Shown here one piece after another: positions 1 to 9,700 of a DNA stretch of 64,000 bases. The stretch comes from an uncultured virus (IMG/VR IMGVR_UViG_3300022602_000034). Lineage: Duplodnaviria; Heunggongvirae; Uroviricota; Caudoviricetes. The notes under the pieces are model-generated. The model was not told the origin of the DNA. It saw only the letters and a program-made list of their open reading frames with translations, and ran no database searches. Numbering within the stretch: position 1 is the stretch's first letter; each line of letters begins with the position of its first letter. Position numbers and translations under genes: made by a program. The stretch is taken from IMG/VR virus record IMGVR_UViG_3300022602_000034. One strand, written 5' to 3'.

Positions 1-774
1 GCCGTCAAACAAGTTGCTAAAATATCCATCACCATAATATGGACTAAACGGTGTAGCCTTTGTATTACCAACAGTAGCTAATGCAAAATTGTTTGTACTA
101 GCATCAGTAATATGCGGTGTAAGTGTTGTCTCACCATTCAATAACAATGCTGTATAGTTAAAGTAAGGATCACTTGTAATTAATGTAATAGAGAATGTTT
201 GTGCAGTTGCTTGCAACTCATTGTCTGTGGCAGTTACGCTGAATGTATATGTTGTGTCAACGCTAGGAGACACAACTCCACTCAATAATCCACCGCTAGA
301 CAGTGTTAGTCCGCTAGGTAGTGAGTATCCACTAGTAACTGTAAATGTTGTTGCATCGGCTGATGCTGCACTTAATTGAATATTAACAACTCCTGCATTT
401 TGTGAAAACGTTTGGCCTGATATCCAATATGGAGCTAATGCATAATTAATACCAAAAACTTTGATAGCAATATTACCACTTGGATTGATAACATAGATTG
501 GATATGTGCCACTAGTCATTGCAGGAACTAGAACACGTAATTGTGTTGAACTAATAAAAGAGATACTAGAACACAATGTTCCATCTACTGTAACTTGACA
601 ACCACTTACGAATCCTGTACCGTTTACATAGATATAGCCACCATTTAATGGCATGGCAGTCTCAGGAAGTACATTATAACTGTTATCTAAGTATTGAATA
701 CCTGTAATGGTTGGACCCGTTAATGATGAGATTAACGTTGTTGAAAAGTTAGCTGAGGATACTTTAGTTACCAT
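1..774 (-). CDS. Virion adhesin-like protein, truncated by the window edge: IPT/TIG domain, putative Ig domain and start of a LamG/ConA-like domain
   Basis: Not in the ORF track. Manual translation from ATG 774 is open to base 1: MVTKVSSANF...GGYIYVNGTGFVSGCQVTVDG...STQLRVLVPAMTSGTYPIYVINPSG (IPT-like), LPSGLTLSSGGLLSG...YTFSVTATD (Ig-like), DPYFNYTALLLNG...DASTNNF...FSPY..SNLFDG (typical lead-in to phage LamG domains). Confidence 0.75.
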   Translation of the reverse strand, partial: MVTKVSSANFSTTLISSLTGPTITGIQYLDNSYNVLPETAMPLNGGYIYVNGTGFVSGCQVTVDGTLCSSISFISSTQLRVLVPAMTSGTYPIYVINPSGNIAIKVFGINYALAPYWISGQTFSQNAGVVNIQLSAASADATTFTVTSGYSLPSGLTLSSGGLLSGVVSPSVDTTYTFSVTATDNELQATAQTFSITLITSDPYFNYTALLLNGETTLTPHITDASTNNFALATVGNTKATPFSPYYGDGYFSNLFDG

Positions 775-775
775 G

Positions 776-1132
776 TTATGAATAATTTATAATTGTTGCA
801 CTTGTAAATCCATTAGGGTTTACAACATATAGAGTTTTACTACCTGATGTACTTGGTGGTAAGAAAGCGTCAATTTCTTGTTGATTATTATAAACAACTG
901 TAGTTGCATTCTGTGTCAATCCGCCCATTCCACCGGTCTTAACTACAACTTGAGCGCCATTGACTAAATCGTTGCCAATAATCTTTACATAGCTACCATT
1001 AGTTGCAGATATGTTTCCGCCAATTGGTGGCAAATATGTTGAATCTGTTACGTATACAGCCGTGATGGTTGGTGCTTCATATGCACTTTGAGCACTAGTT
1101 GCAAGGTTATAGTAATCTAGTTTGGTACTCAA
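776..1132 (-). CDS. Small stand-alone IPT/TIG-like domain protein
   Basis: 118 aa. PTITAVY...GSYVKIIGNDLVNGAQVVV...EIDAFLPPSTSGSKTLYVVNPNG aligns by eye with the N-terminal domain of 1-774. The TTG start overlaps the upstream TGA. Confidence 0.7.
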   Translation of the reverse strand: MSTKLDYYNLATSAQSAYEAPTITAVYVTDSTYLPPIGGNISATNGSYVKIIGNDLVNGAQVVVKTGGMGGLTQNATTVVYNNQQEIDAFLPPSTSGSKTLYVVNPNGFTSATIINYS

Positions 1133-3621
1133 CGAGGTAACTCCCTAATTTGAATAATTGTTCCATTTGATGGTGCAATGTCAAAAGAAAGCAACGAGCT
1201 TGTTATTGTATAGTCAGTTGTTGGCATTTGGCAGATACCGTTTAAGAAAGCAAGAATGTTGTTTACATTACATCCACTTGATACTGCAAAACTATTTGTA
1301 GTGCCATCACCGGTATAACTTCTATTGACATATCCACTACTACTTGATGGTGCTGAGATAGTGCTGCTAGTGATGTCAAACCAGTAACTATTTGTACCAT
1401 CACTCATGTATTCATACAATACATTGGTTGATGTATTAAACCATTGATCGGCAATGTTTGCAGTTCCCGGTGGTGTTACGTTAGCAGTATATGTAATGCC
1501 ACTACCACTTCCACCTGAAACAGTAGCCCAACTTAAGTTACCAGTTCCATCTGTTTTTAAATATTGTCCTGTAGTACCACCAGTAATTTTTACATTACCA
1601 ACTGCTCCTAAACTTACGTTTGGACTAGATGTAAAATTAATATTACCTGAAGCGGTTAAGTTACCGGTAGATTCATTAGAAGATGTGATATTTCCAGTAC
1701 CGCCAGTACCAACTGTTAAATTACCAGTAATACCAATATCGCCTGCTTTGCTGCCATAATATGTACTAATTGCATTAGTACCAGAACTATCTTGTATGTT
1801 TGGAGTTTTAACTACACCAGAAACAGTTAAACTTGTTAATGTACCAACACTAGTAATGTTTGGTTGTGATTGTGTAGTTAATGTTGCTGCAATTTTGTCA
1901 ACAGTTAACGTATTGCTTGTGTTGTTAAAGAAGAAGTTGGCACTAGCACCAAAACTACCTGCGTTATTATACTGAACATATGTATTACTACCACCAGGTG
2001 TTCCGCTACCAAAACTCCAAGCAACACCGTTTGCGTATAATAGGTTATTAGTTAAAACATTACCTGCAGCAACGTTTGCGGTTACTGTTACGCTAGACAA
2101 TGTACCAACACTAGTGATGTTTGGTTGTGCATTAGTTAATACAGTACCTGCATATAATGAGTAATTTGCGTTAGCAATTGTACCTGTTAATGAACTACCA
2201 TTAGCAATGATGTAACTAGCAGTTACGTTCCCTGATGCGGTTAAAGTACCNNNNNNNNNNNNNNNNNNNNNNNNNNNNNNNNNNNNNNNNNNNNNNNNNN
2301 NNNNNNNNNNNNNNNNNNNNNNNNNNNNNNNNNNNNNNNNNNNNNNNNNNTTACCTGCATGAATGTTACCATAGGTATTAATCGTTACAACATTGTTGCT
2401 TTGTAAATTTGCATTACTTGCGAATACGAATTCACCTGCACTAAGTTTCCAACCCATGAATGCATCAACTGGTGCTGTGGTATAATAGTGAAGTATCTCA
2501 CCCAAATCTACACCTGCGTTACTTGCAAGTGCTGCACCATTTGCATTTCCACCCTGTTGAATGACAGGATCGGTGATATTAACACTAGTTGAATTTACAT
2601 ATTCGTGATTACCAGTAATTGTTAAGTTACCAGTAATAGTTGTATCACCCGCTGCTAATGTTCCGGTAACACTTAAACTTGAAAGTGTACCAAGACTAGT
2701 AATGTTAGATTGACTTGCATTAACAACATTACCCGCGTATGCGGCATAGTTTGCATTGGCTGCGGTTCCAGTAATATTAGCACCCGATATACCTGTTAGT
2801 AAACTACCGTTACCACTGAAGTAGTTTGCAGTGACCAAGTTACCTAAATTAGCATTACCTGATGTAATGTTTGCAGTAACAGTTAGACTAGTTAGTGTAC
2901 CAACACTTGTAATATTTGGTTGTGCGTTTGTAGTAACTGTACCTGATGTAGTTGCACTTCCTGCACTAGCCGCATATGTTGCATTAGCTACTGTACCAGT
3001 TACATTAGCTCCGGTTAAACTTGTTAATAAACTACCATTACCAGTAAAGTAGTTACTAGTTACTAGATTACCTAAATTAGCGTTACCACTAGAGATGTTT
3101 CCAGTTACGGTTAAACTAGTTAATGTACCGACGCTTGTAATATTTGGTTGAGCATTAGTATATACTGTACCGGCTACTAGACTGTTAGCTACTTGACCTG
3201 TTACGTTGCCACCAACAATATTGCTTAGTAAGTTACCTGCTCCTAAGAAGAAGTTGGCAGTAACTAAGTTACCTAAACTAGCATTGATTGCCGTAACGTT
3301 GCCAGTTAACGAAACTGTATTACCAGTGATATTTCCAGTATATGTAGGTAAGTAACTTGCTACGTTGGAGTTTGAATATGTGCCGCCACCTGAAACAGTG
3401 GCCCATGATAGGTTACCAGTGCCGTCAGTTTGAAGATATTGTCCTGAAGTGCCGCCTGAAATATGAACATTACCAACAGCACCTAGGTTTGCGGATGCAG
3501 GAACAGACAGGTTTGCGACAACGTAATTTGCTGTAATGTTGCTACTACTAGCATCTAAAATAATATTTCCAGTAGTTAAGCCATTCTTAACTACGAAATT
3601 CTTCGTAAATCCCGTTGTCAC
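1129..3621 (-). CDS. Fibre-like virion protein (QPNITSVGTL-repeat family), spans an N gap
   Basis: GTG start after AGGGA. N-terminal FVVKNGLTTG, QPNITSVGTL and GQYLxTDGTGNLSW repeats, C-terminal YTGDGTT...LNGICQMPTTDY...AP module. True length is uncertain because of the gap at 2251-2350. Confidence 0.75.
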   Translation of the reverse strand: MTTGFTKNFVVKNGLTTGNIILDASSSNITANYVVANLSVPASANLGAVGNVHISGGTSGQYLQTDGTGNLSWATVSGGGTYSNSNVASYLPTYTGNITGNTVSLTGNVTAINASLGNLVTANFFLGAGNLLSNIVGGNVTGQVANSLVAGTVYTNAQPNITSVGTLTSLTVTGNISSGNANLGNLVTSNYFTGNGSLLTSLTGANVTGTVANATYAASAGSATTSGTVTTNAQPNITSVGTLTSLTVTANITSGNANLGNLVTANYFSGNGSLLTGISGANITGTAANANYAAYAGNVVNASQSNITSLGTLSSLSVTGTLAAGDTTITGNLTITGNHEYVNSTSVNITDPVIQQGGNANGAALASNAGVDLGEILHYYTTAPVDAFMGWKLSAGEFVFASNANLQSNNVVTINTYGNIHAGXXXXXXXXXXXXXXXXXXXXXXXXXXXXXXXXXXGTLTASGNVTASYIIANGSSLTGTIANANYSLYAGTVLTNAQPNITSVGTLSSVTVTANVAAGNVLTNNLLYANGVAWSFGSGTPGGSNTYVQYNNAGSFGASANFFFNNTSNTLTVDKIAATLTTQSQPNITSVGTLTSLTVSGVVKTPNIQDSSGTNAISTYYGSKAGDIGITGNLTVGTGGTGNITSSNESTGNLTASGNINFTSSPNVSLGAVGNVKITGGTTGQYLKTDGTGNLSWATVSGGSGSGITYTANVTPPGTANIADQWFNTSTNVLYEYMSDGTNSYWFDITSSTISAPSSSSGYVNRSYTGDGTTNSFAVSSGCNVNNILAFLNGICQMPTTDYTITSSLLSFDIAPSNGTIIQIRELPR
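2251..2350. other. Assembly gap (100 N)
   Basis: Run of exactly 100 n. Confidence 0.99.
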
Positions 3622-3650
3622 AGTTCCATATTCCCTGTATAATCAAATTG

Positions 3651-3658
3651 TATTTATA
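3651..3658 (-). promoter_or_regulatory. T4-type late promoter TATAAATA
   Basis: Exact T4 late box, intergenic, 29 nt upstream of the GTG at 3621. It overlaps a 9-bp hairpin at 3655-3676. Confidence 0.65.
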
Positions 3659-3679
3659 GGGCTTTATAGCCCTATATTT

Positions 3680-6600
3680 TTAGTCGTTCAAGTAGATTGG
3701 AACTAAGTTCACTGTTGTACTTGTACTTGCAGTATTTGCATAAACTCTTACGTTTCCGCTTGTACCATCAATATTACTTGAGAAGTTCAAAAGATCCGCA
3801 GTAGCATTAGAACAGATACTACCATAAATTGTGATGTAACTATTTGTTCCATCTTGTACTAGCAAGATTTCAGCAGATTGATATCCGTTTGTACCTTTAC
3901 CAGTAATGTAATATTTAGCACTTCTGAAACTTGTTGTAGGGAATTGGTCAATAATCGTATCAGTACTTGTACCAGGAATTGATACGTTACTTCTATTACT
4001 TAAAATACCGCCGTTAATCTTGACATTACCAACAGTTGCATTACCTGTAACTGCTACACTGGTTAGTGTACCAACACTAGTGATGTTTGGCTGTGCTGCT
4101 GTAGTTACTGTAGCTGCAACAGTTGCACTTGCAACAGTTCCTGAAACGTTAGCACCTTGAATGTTACTTAGTAAGTTACCACTACCACTGAAGAAGTTTG
4201 CAGTTACTAAGTTACCCAAATTAGCATTACCAGCACTGACATTTCCTGTTACTGATAAACTTACTAATGTACCAACACTAGTAATGTTTGGCTGTGCTGC
4301 TGTAGTTACTGTGCCTGCTGTTGTTGCAGTAGTTGCAGTAGTTGCACTTGATGCTGATACGTTTGTAATCAAGTGACCATCACCGCTGAAATAGTTAGCA
4401 GAAACTAAGTTGCCACCTGAAACGTTACCAGCATTGATGTTACCTGTTACACTGAATGCACCGTTTGCATTGTACAATCTTGCTTTAATGTTTCCTGTTT
4501 GGAAGCCACCTGTAGCAAAGATAATGTCTTTTGTAGTACCAGTGTTACCAGTAGCGATAACCATGTTACCACCAAAACTTGTATTACCTTGCACAAAGAA
4601 GTAACCGTCACCTGCGGCTGTTACTGTATAGTTAGCGTCACTGAAACTGTTTCCAGTAAAGCCCATGTCAGCCCAAGATTGAGTATCATCACCGTTGTTA
4701 CCATATGTTGTAATATCAGCACTACCTGTACCAGTTGTGTTAATGACAGCAACTTGGTCATATGATGCACCAGATCCACTGAATACTGCGACTGGATTTA
4801 CTAATGATGTTGTTGACAAACCAACCAACATCTTACTTTGTGTAATTACGTTGCCACTTACATTAAATGTACCAGTTACGTTAGCACCAGTACCTGTAAC
4901 AACAACAACGTTTGCGTTACCTGCACTTGAAATAGTAACGTTAGCATTTGATAATACACTAACATTGCTGTTACCGTTGCTGAGACTTGATGTACTAATT
5001 GTTTGCCATGTTAGTGTACCGCTACCATTAGTTTGCAAGTATTGACCGCTTGAACCACCTGTAATTGTAACATTACCAACAGCACCCAAGTTAGTTGTGC
5101 CAGATACTGTCAAACTTGACAATGTACCAACACTTGTAATATTTGGTTGTGCGTTTGTATAAACTGTACCTGCAATTAATGCATTACCTACTTGACCAGT
5201 TACATTACCACCAGTTAAACTTGTCAATAATGAACCATTGCCACTGAAGTAATTAGATGTAACTAAGTTACCTAAACTTGCATTAGCTGCGGTTACATTA
5301 CCGCTAATATTAGCAAAACCTGAAATTGTGTGTGAACCTGATTTAAATGAGTCTAAAACTAAGTTAGCATTTGACAAATCAACTGTTCCACCACTTGGTT
5401 CTGCTGCATTACTGAACATGTACCATGTGTTATCTGCGTGATTACGAACGACACCGGTATGTTGATAACCGTTAGCAACTGTAGGAGTACCTGGGCTTGT
5501 TTGGAAGTGACTGTATACACCAATTTCATAACTATATGGATAAGGTGTACTTGCAGCTAGATAAACTAATGGGTCACTAACTTCAAGTGTTTGTGATGTT
5601 GTAGATACTAGATTTGGAACATAGATATTACCACCAACATACAAATCTTTAGTAATACTTGCACCACCCGCAACTATCAATGCACCGGTGCCTGTACCAG
5701 TTGCATTTAATGTATTTGTAACGTTGATATTACCTGCGGTGTTTAAGTTACCAACGTTTGCATTAGCAGTTACTGAAACACTTGCTAGTGTACCAACACT
5801 AGTAATATTTGGCTGTGCATTAGTTAGTACAGTACCTGCATATAATGAGTAATTTGCATTTGCTACTGTACCAACAATATTAGCAGCAGTAATGTTACTT
5901 AATAAGCCACCGTCACCAGAATGATAGTTAGCAGATACTAAGTTTGCACCGCTAATAGTACTTGTAGCGTTTGTTAATGTGATGTTACCGTTAATAGTAA
6001 CAACATTAGATGACTTATTGAATTTGAAACCGTCACTCGCACCAGCAGCACCAGAGTCGTTGAAAATTACATCAGTGTTGTTACCTGGAACTGTCAAATT
6101 ACCACTGATGTTACCATAAACGTTACCGATGAAGTATGGTGCAGTGATATTACCTGTTGCAGTTAAGAATCCATTACCATTACTATCAGTAATAGTTACG
6201 TTAGCTGTACTATTACCAATGACTAGTGTAGTCAATCTACCTGTGCTAGTGATATTTGGTTGAGCTCCTGTTGTTACAGTACCGGCTGTTGTAGCAGAAC
6301 CTGCAGTTCCTGCGCTTACTGCATATGTTGCATTAGCCACTGTACCAGTTACGTTTGCACCAGTGATACTGGTTAACAAACTACCATTACCGCTAAAATA
6401 ATTAGCAGAGACTAAGTTACCGCCTGATATATTACCTGAAGTAATATTTGCAGACACACTTAAACTTGTTAGTGTACCAACACTGGTAATGTTTGGCTGT
6501 GCGTTTGTATAAACAGTACCTGCAATTAATGCATTACCTACTTGTCCTGTTACGTTTGCACCAGTTAATGCAGATAGTAAGCTACCGTTTCCTTGAAAGT

Positions 6601-6730
6601 AATTAGCTACTACTAAGTTACCTAAGTTAGCGGTTCCGCCGCCGCCCATTGTAATATTACCATTTGATCCATCAATTGTAATATTGCCTGTTGTTAAACC
6701 ACCTTTAACGTTAAAATATTTTGTTGTCAT
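3680..6730 (-). CDS. Fibre-like virion protein (QPNITSVGTL-repeat family)
   Basis: 1016 aa. N-terminal YFNVKGGLTTG, QPNITSVGTL repeats, C-terminal IDQFPTTSFRSAKYYI...YQSAEILLVQDG...ITIYGSI domain. AAGGA SD upstream. Confidence 0.8.
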   Translation of the reverse strand: MTTKYFNVKGGLTTGNITIDGSNGNITMGGGGTANLGNLVVANYFQGNGSLLSALTGANVTGQVGNALIAGTVYTNAQPNITSVGTLTSLSVSANITSGNISGGNLVSANYFSGNGSLLTSITGANVTGTVANATYAVSAGTAGSATTAGTVTTGAQPNITSTGRLTTLVIGNSTANVTITDSNGNGFLTATGNITAPYFIGNVYGNISGNLTVPGNNTDVIFNDSGAAGASDGFKFNKSSNVVTINGNITLTNATSTISGANLVSANYHSGDGGLLSNITAANIVGTVANANYSLYAGTVLTNAQPNITSVGTLASVSVTANANVGNLNTAGNINVTNTLNATGTGTGALIVAGGASITKDLYVGGNIYVPNLVSTTSQTLEVSDPLVYLAASTPYPYSYEIGVYSHFQTSPGTPTVANGYQHTGVVRNHADNTWYMFSNAAEPSGGTVDLSNANLVLDSFKSGSHTISGFANISGNVTAANASLGNLVTSNYFSGNGSLLTSLTGGNVTGQVGNALIAGTVYTNAQPNITSVGTLSSLTVSGTTNLGAVGNVTITGGSSGQYLQTNGSGTLTWQTISTSSLSNGNSNVSVLSNANVTISSAGNANVVVVTGTGANVTGTFNVSGNVITQSKMLVGLSTTSLVNPVAVFSGSGASYDQVAVINTTGTGSADITTYGNNGDDTQSWADMGFTGNSFSDANYTVTAAGDGYFFVQGNTSFGGNMVIATGNTGTTKDIIFATGGFQTGNIKARLYNANGAFSVTGNINAGNVSGGNLVSANYFSGDGHLITNVSASSATTATTATTAGTVTTAAQPNITSVGTLVSLSVTGNVSAGNANLGNLVTANFFSGSGNLLSNIQGANVSGTVASATVAATVTTAAQPNITSVGTLTSVAVTGNATVGNVKINGGILSNRSNVSIPGTSTDTIIDQFPTTSFRSAKYYITGKGTNGYQSAEILLVQDGTNSYITIYGSICSNATADLLNFSSNIDGTSGNVRVYANTASTSTTVNLVPIYLND

Positions 6731-6748
6731 TTTGTTTTTCCTTTAGCG

Positions 6749-9700
6749 TTAGTTGTCCGCTACATAAGTTCCTATTAAGTTAACTGCTGTATTAGCGGTA
6801 CTAGACAACGCTAATAATTCCACATTTCCTGTATTAATATCAGCCGAAAGCAATACTATATCACTTCCAGAAGTAGAAATACTACCATAAACAGTAATCA
6901 ACGCATTTGCTGAATCATGTATCAACAGTGCCTCAATTGACTGATAACCCGCATCACTATTCACTCTGATAGTGTATTTAGCTGTCCTGTACAAAGATAC
7001 CGGGAACACATCAATAATAGTTGATGTATTGATTGGAACCGATACTGCTGCACGATTACTATAGAAGTTGTTTACTGCAATATTAGTTGCACTAATCAAA
7101 TTAGATGTAATTGATGTATTTGCAGTGATTGTATTAGCTATCAAGTTACCGCGGGCTGTCACATTTCCAGAACTTGCACCTAAAACAACGTTTCCTGATA
7201 GACCAATATTGACATTGCTGATAATACTAGTGAACAATCCAGCATTTGAACCTGCTACAGCAATAATACCACCATTTAGTGTCAAATAACCACCGGATGC
7301 TACAATATTAGCGTTTGCAGTGATTGTGTTTGCAGTAATATTGCCGCCCACTGTCAATACGTTAGCTGAACTGTCAAATGTAAAGTTTGTTGCGCCGGCT
7401 ACATTTCCGTTGTTATTGAACAATACCTCAGTATTTGATCCAGCTCCTGTTGTGCTATATGATGTAATTTCAATCTTCTGACCACTAAGTGGTGCAGTTG
7501 TGAAGTTGACTGTTGATCCAGATAATGAGTATACTGAACTTTGCTGTATCAATCCATCAATGTTAACCACAACTGCTGCACTTGAGCTTGGAGTTGAGCT
7601 TAAGTGGAATGCGGTAGTTGAATTATCGCCTGTAAAGTCATCTTGTGTTACCCCAACGAAACCAGTCATTCCACTAGTAGATTGTGGTTGCCAACTTAAT
7701 AAACCGTATCCATTTGTTGCTAGAACATAACCACTTGATCCACCTGAAATAGTAATATTTCCAACTGCACCTAAGTTAGTCGTACCAGATACTGTTACAC
7801 TAGATAGTGTACCAACACTAGTAATATTAGGTTGAGCACTTGCTGTAACTGTCGCTGCCGTTGTTGCGGACCCTGCACTGGTTGCATAAGTTGCATTAGC
7901 TACGGTACCGGTTACATTTGCACCGTTGATTGCAGTCAATAGTGATCCATTACCTGTGAAGTAGTTTGCTGTTACTAAGTTACCTAAGTTAGCATTACCG
8001 GCTGTGATATTAGCAGTTACAGTTAAGTTGGCTAATGTACCCACTTGAGTAATATTAGATTGAACTGCATTAACTACATTACTCGCATATGCAGCATAGT
8101 TTGCATTTGCAACTGTACCGGTAATATTAGCACCAGCAATATTGCTTAACAAACCACCGTCACCGCTAAAGTAGTTACTAGTAACTAAATTACCTAAATT
8201 TGCATTTGTAGCAGTGATGTTGGCACCACTAGTAATATTACTTGTAACGTTTAGATTTGCTAATGTACCAACTTGAGTAATGTTAGATTGAACTGCATTG
8301 ATTATATTACCAGCATAACTTGCATAGTTTGCGTTTGCAACTGTTCCTGTTACATTAGCACCAGTAATACTTGTTAACAATGAACCATTACCACTGAAAT
8401 AATTAGCTACAACTAAATTACCTAAACTTGCATTTGCAGCAGTGATATTTGCACTGGCTGTAATATTACCAGTGACATTTAAGTTAACGAGAGTACCAAC
8501 ACTTGTAATGTTAGGTTGTGCATCGGTTGTTACTGTACCTGCAGTAGTAGCACTAGATGCTGCTACACCTGTCAATAAACTACCATTACCGCTGAAGTAA
8601 TTAGCAGTTACTAGATTACCCAAACTTGCATTTGCGGCAGTAATATTTGCTGCGCTACTGATATTACCAGTTACATTCAAGTTAGCTAATGTACCAACTA
8701 ATGTAATATTAGATTGACTTGCATTGATTACATTACCTGCATATGCTGCATAGTTTGCATTAGCAACAACTCCACTTACATTTGCACCGGCTACACTATT
8801 GGCAACTGTTGCAAAATCGACTGGGCCTGAAACATTTGAACCTGAAACTGAGTATGCAGTATTTGCAACGTTAGCATTTGGTACAAATCCTGTTACGTTT
8901 GCACCAGTGATACTTGTTAATCCTGCACCATTAGCAACAATCTTATCAACTGTTAATGTGTTATTTGTATTGTTAAATGTGAAGTTAGCACTTGCGCCAA
9001 AACTTCCAGCATTGTTATATTGTACTTGTGTGTTAGAACCAGAGATACCTGTACTACCAGCACTTGCCCATGTCAAGTTACCAGTACCATCTGTTTGTAG
9101 TACTGCACCGCTTGTGCCACCGGTAATCTTAACATTACTATTAGATCCAAGACTTACATTACTTGCAGTAGTAAAGTTAATTGTACCAGTTGCAGTTAAA
9201 CTGTTTAGTGTACCAACACTTGTAATGTTAGATTGACTTGCATTAACTACGTTACCTGCGTATGCTGCATAATTTGCATTGGCAATAGTACCTGTGATAT
9301 TACTTGCTTGAATATTGCTTAATAGATTACCAGAGCCAGTGAAGAAATTAGCGGTTACTAAGTTACCTAAGTTAGCATTTGTAGCAATGATATTTGCAGC
9401 ACTAGTGATGTTACCGCTTATATTTGCTTCACCGTAAGCAACGATTCCACCCAACTTAATAGAATCATATACTAAGTTAGCGTTCGCTAAATCAACGGTT
9501 CCACCACTTGGTTCTGCTGCATTACTGAATAGATACCAATAGTTATCAGCGTGGTCACGTACAAAACCAGTATGTTGATATCCGTTACCGGGTGGCAATC
9601 CTGTGGTTGAAAAGTGGCTATAGAAACCAATATCATATGTATACGGATATGTTGGACTTGCTGTTAGATATAATAGTGATGCGTTTGCATCTAAAGTAGT

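Noticed and set aside
3618..3629. Mini-ORF ATG GAA CTG TGA overlapping the GTG start of the 830-aa gene
   Set aside because: The AGGGA SD is too close to this ATG and well spaced for the GTG, so it cannot be distinguished from chance without orthologs.
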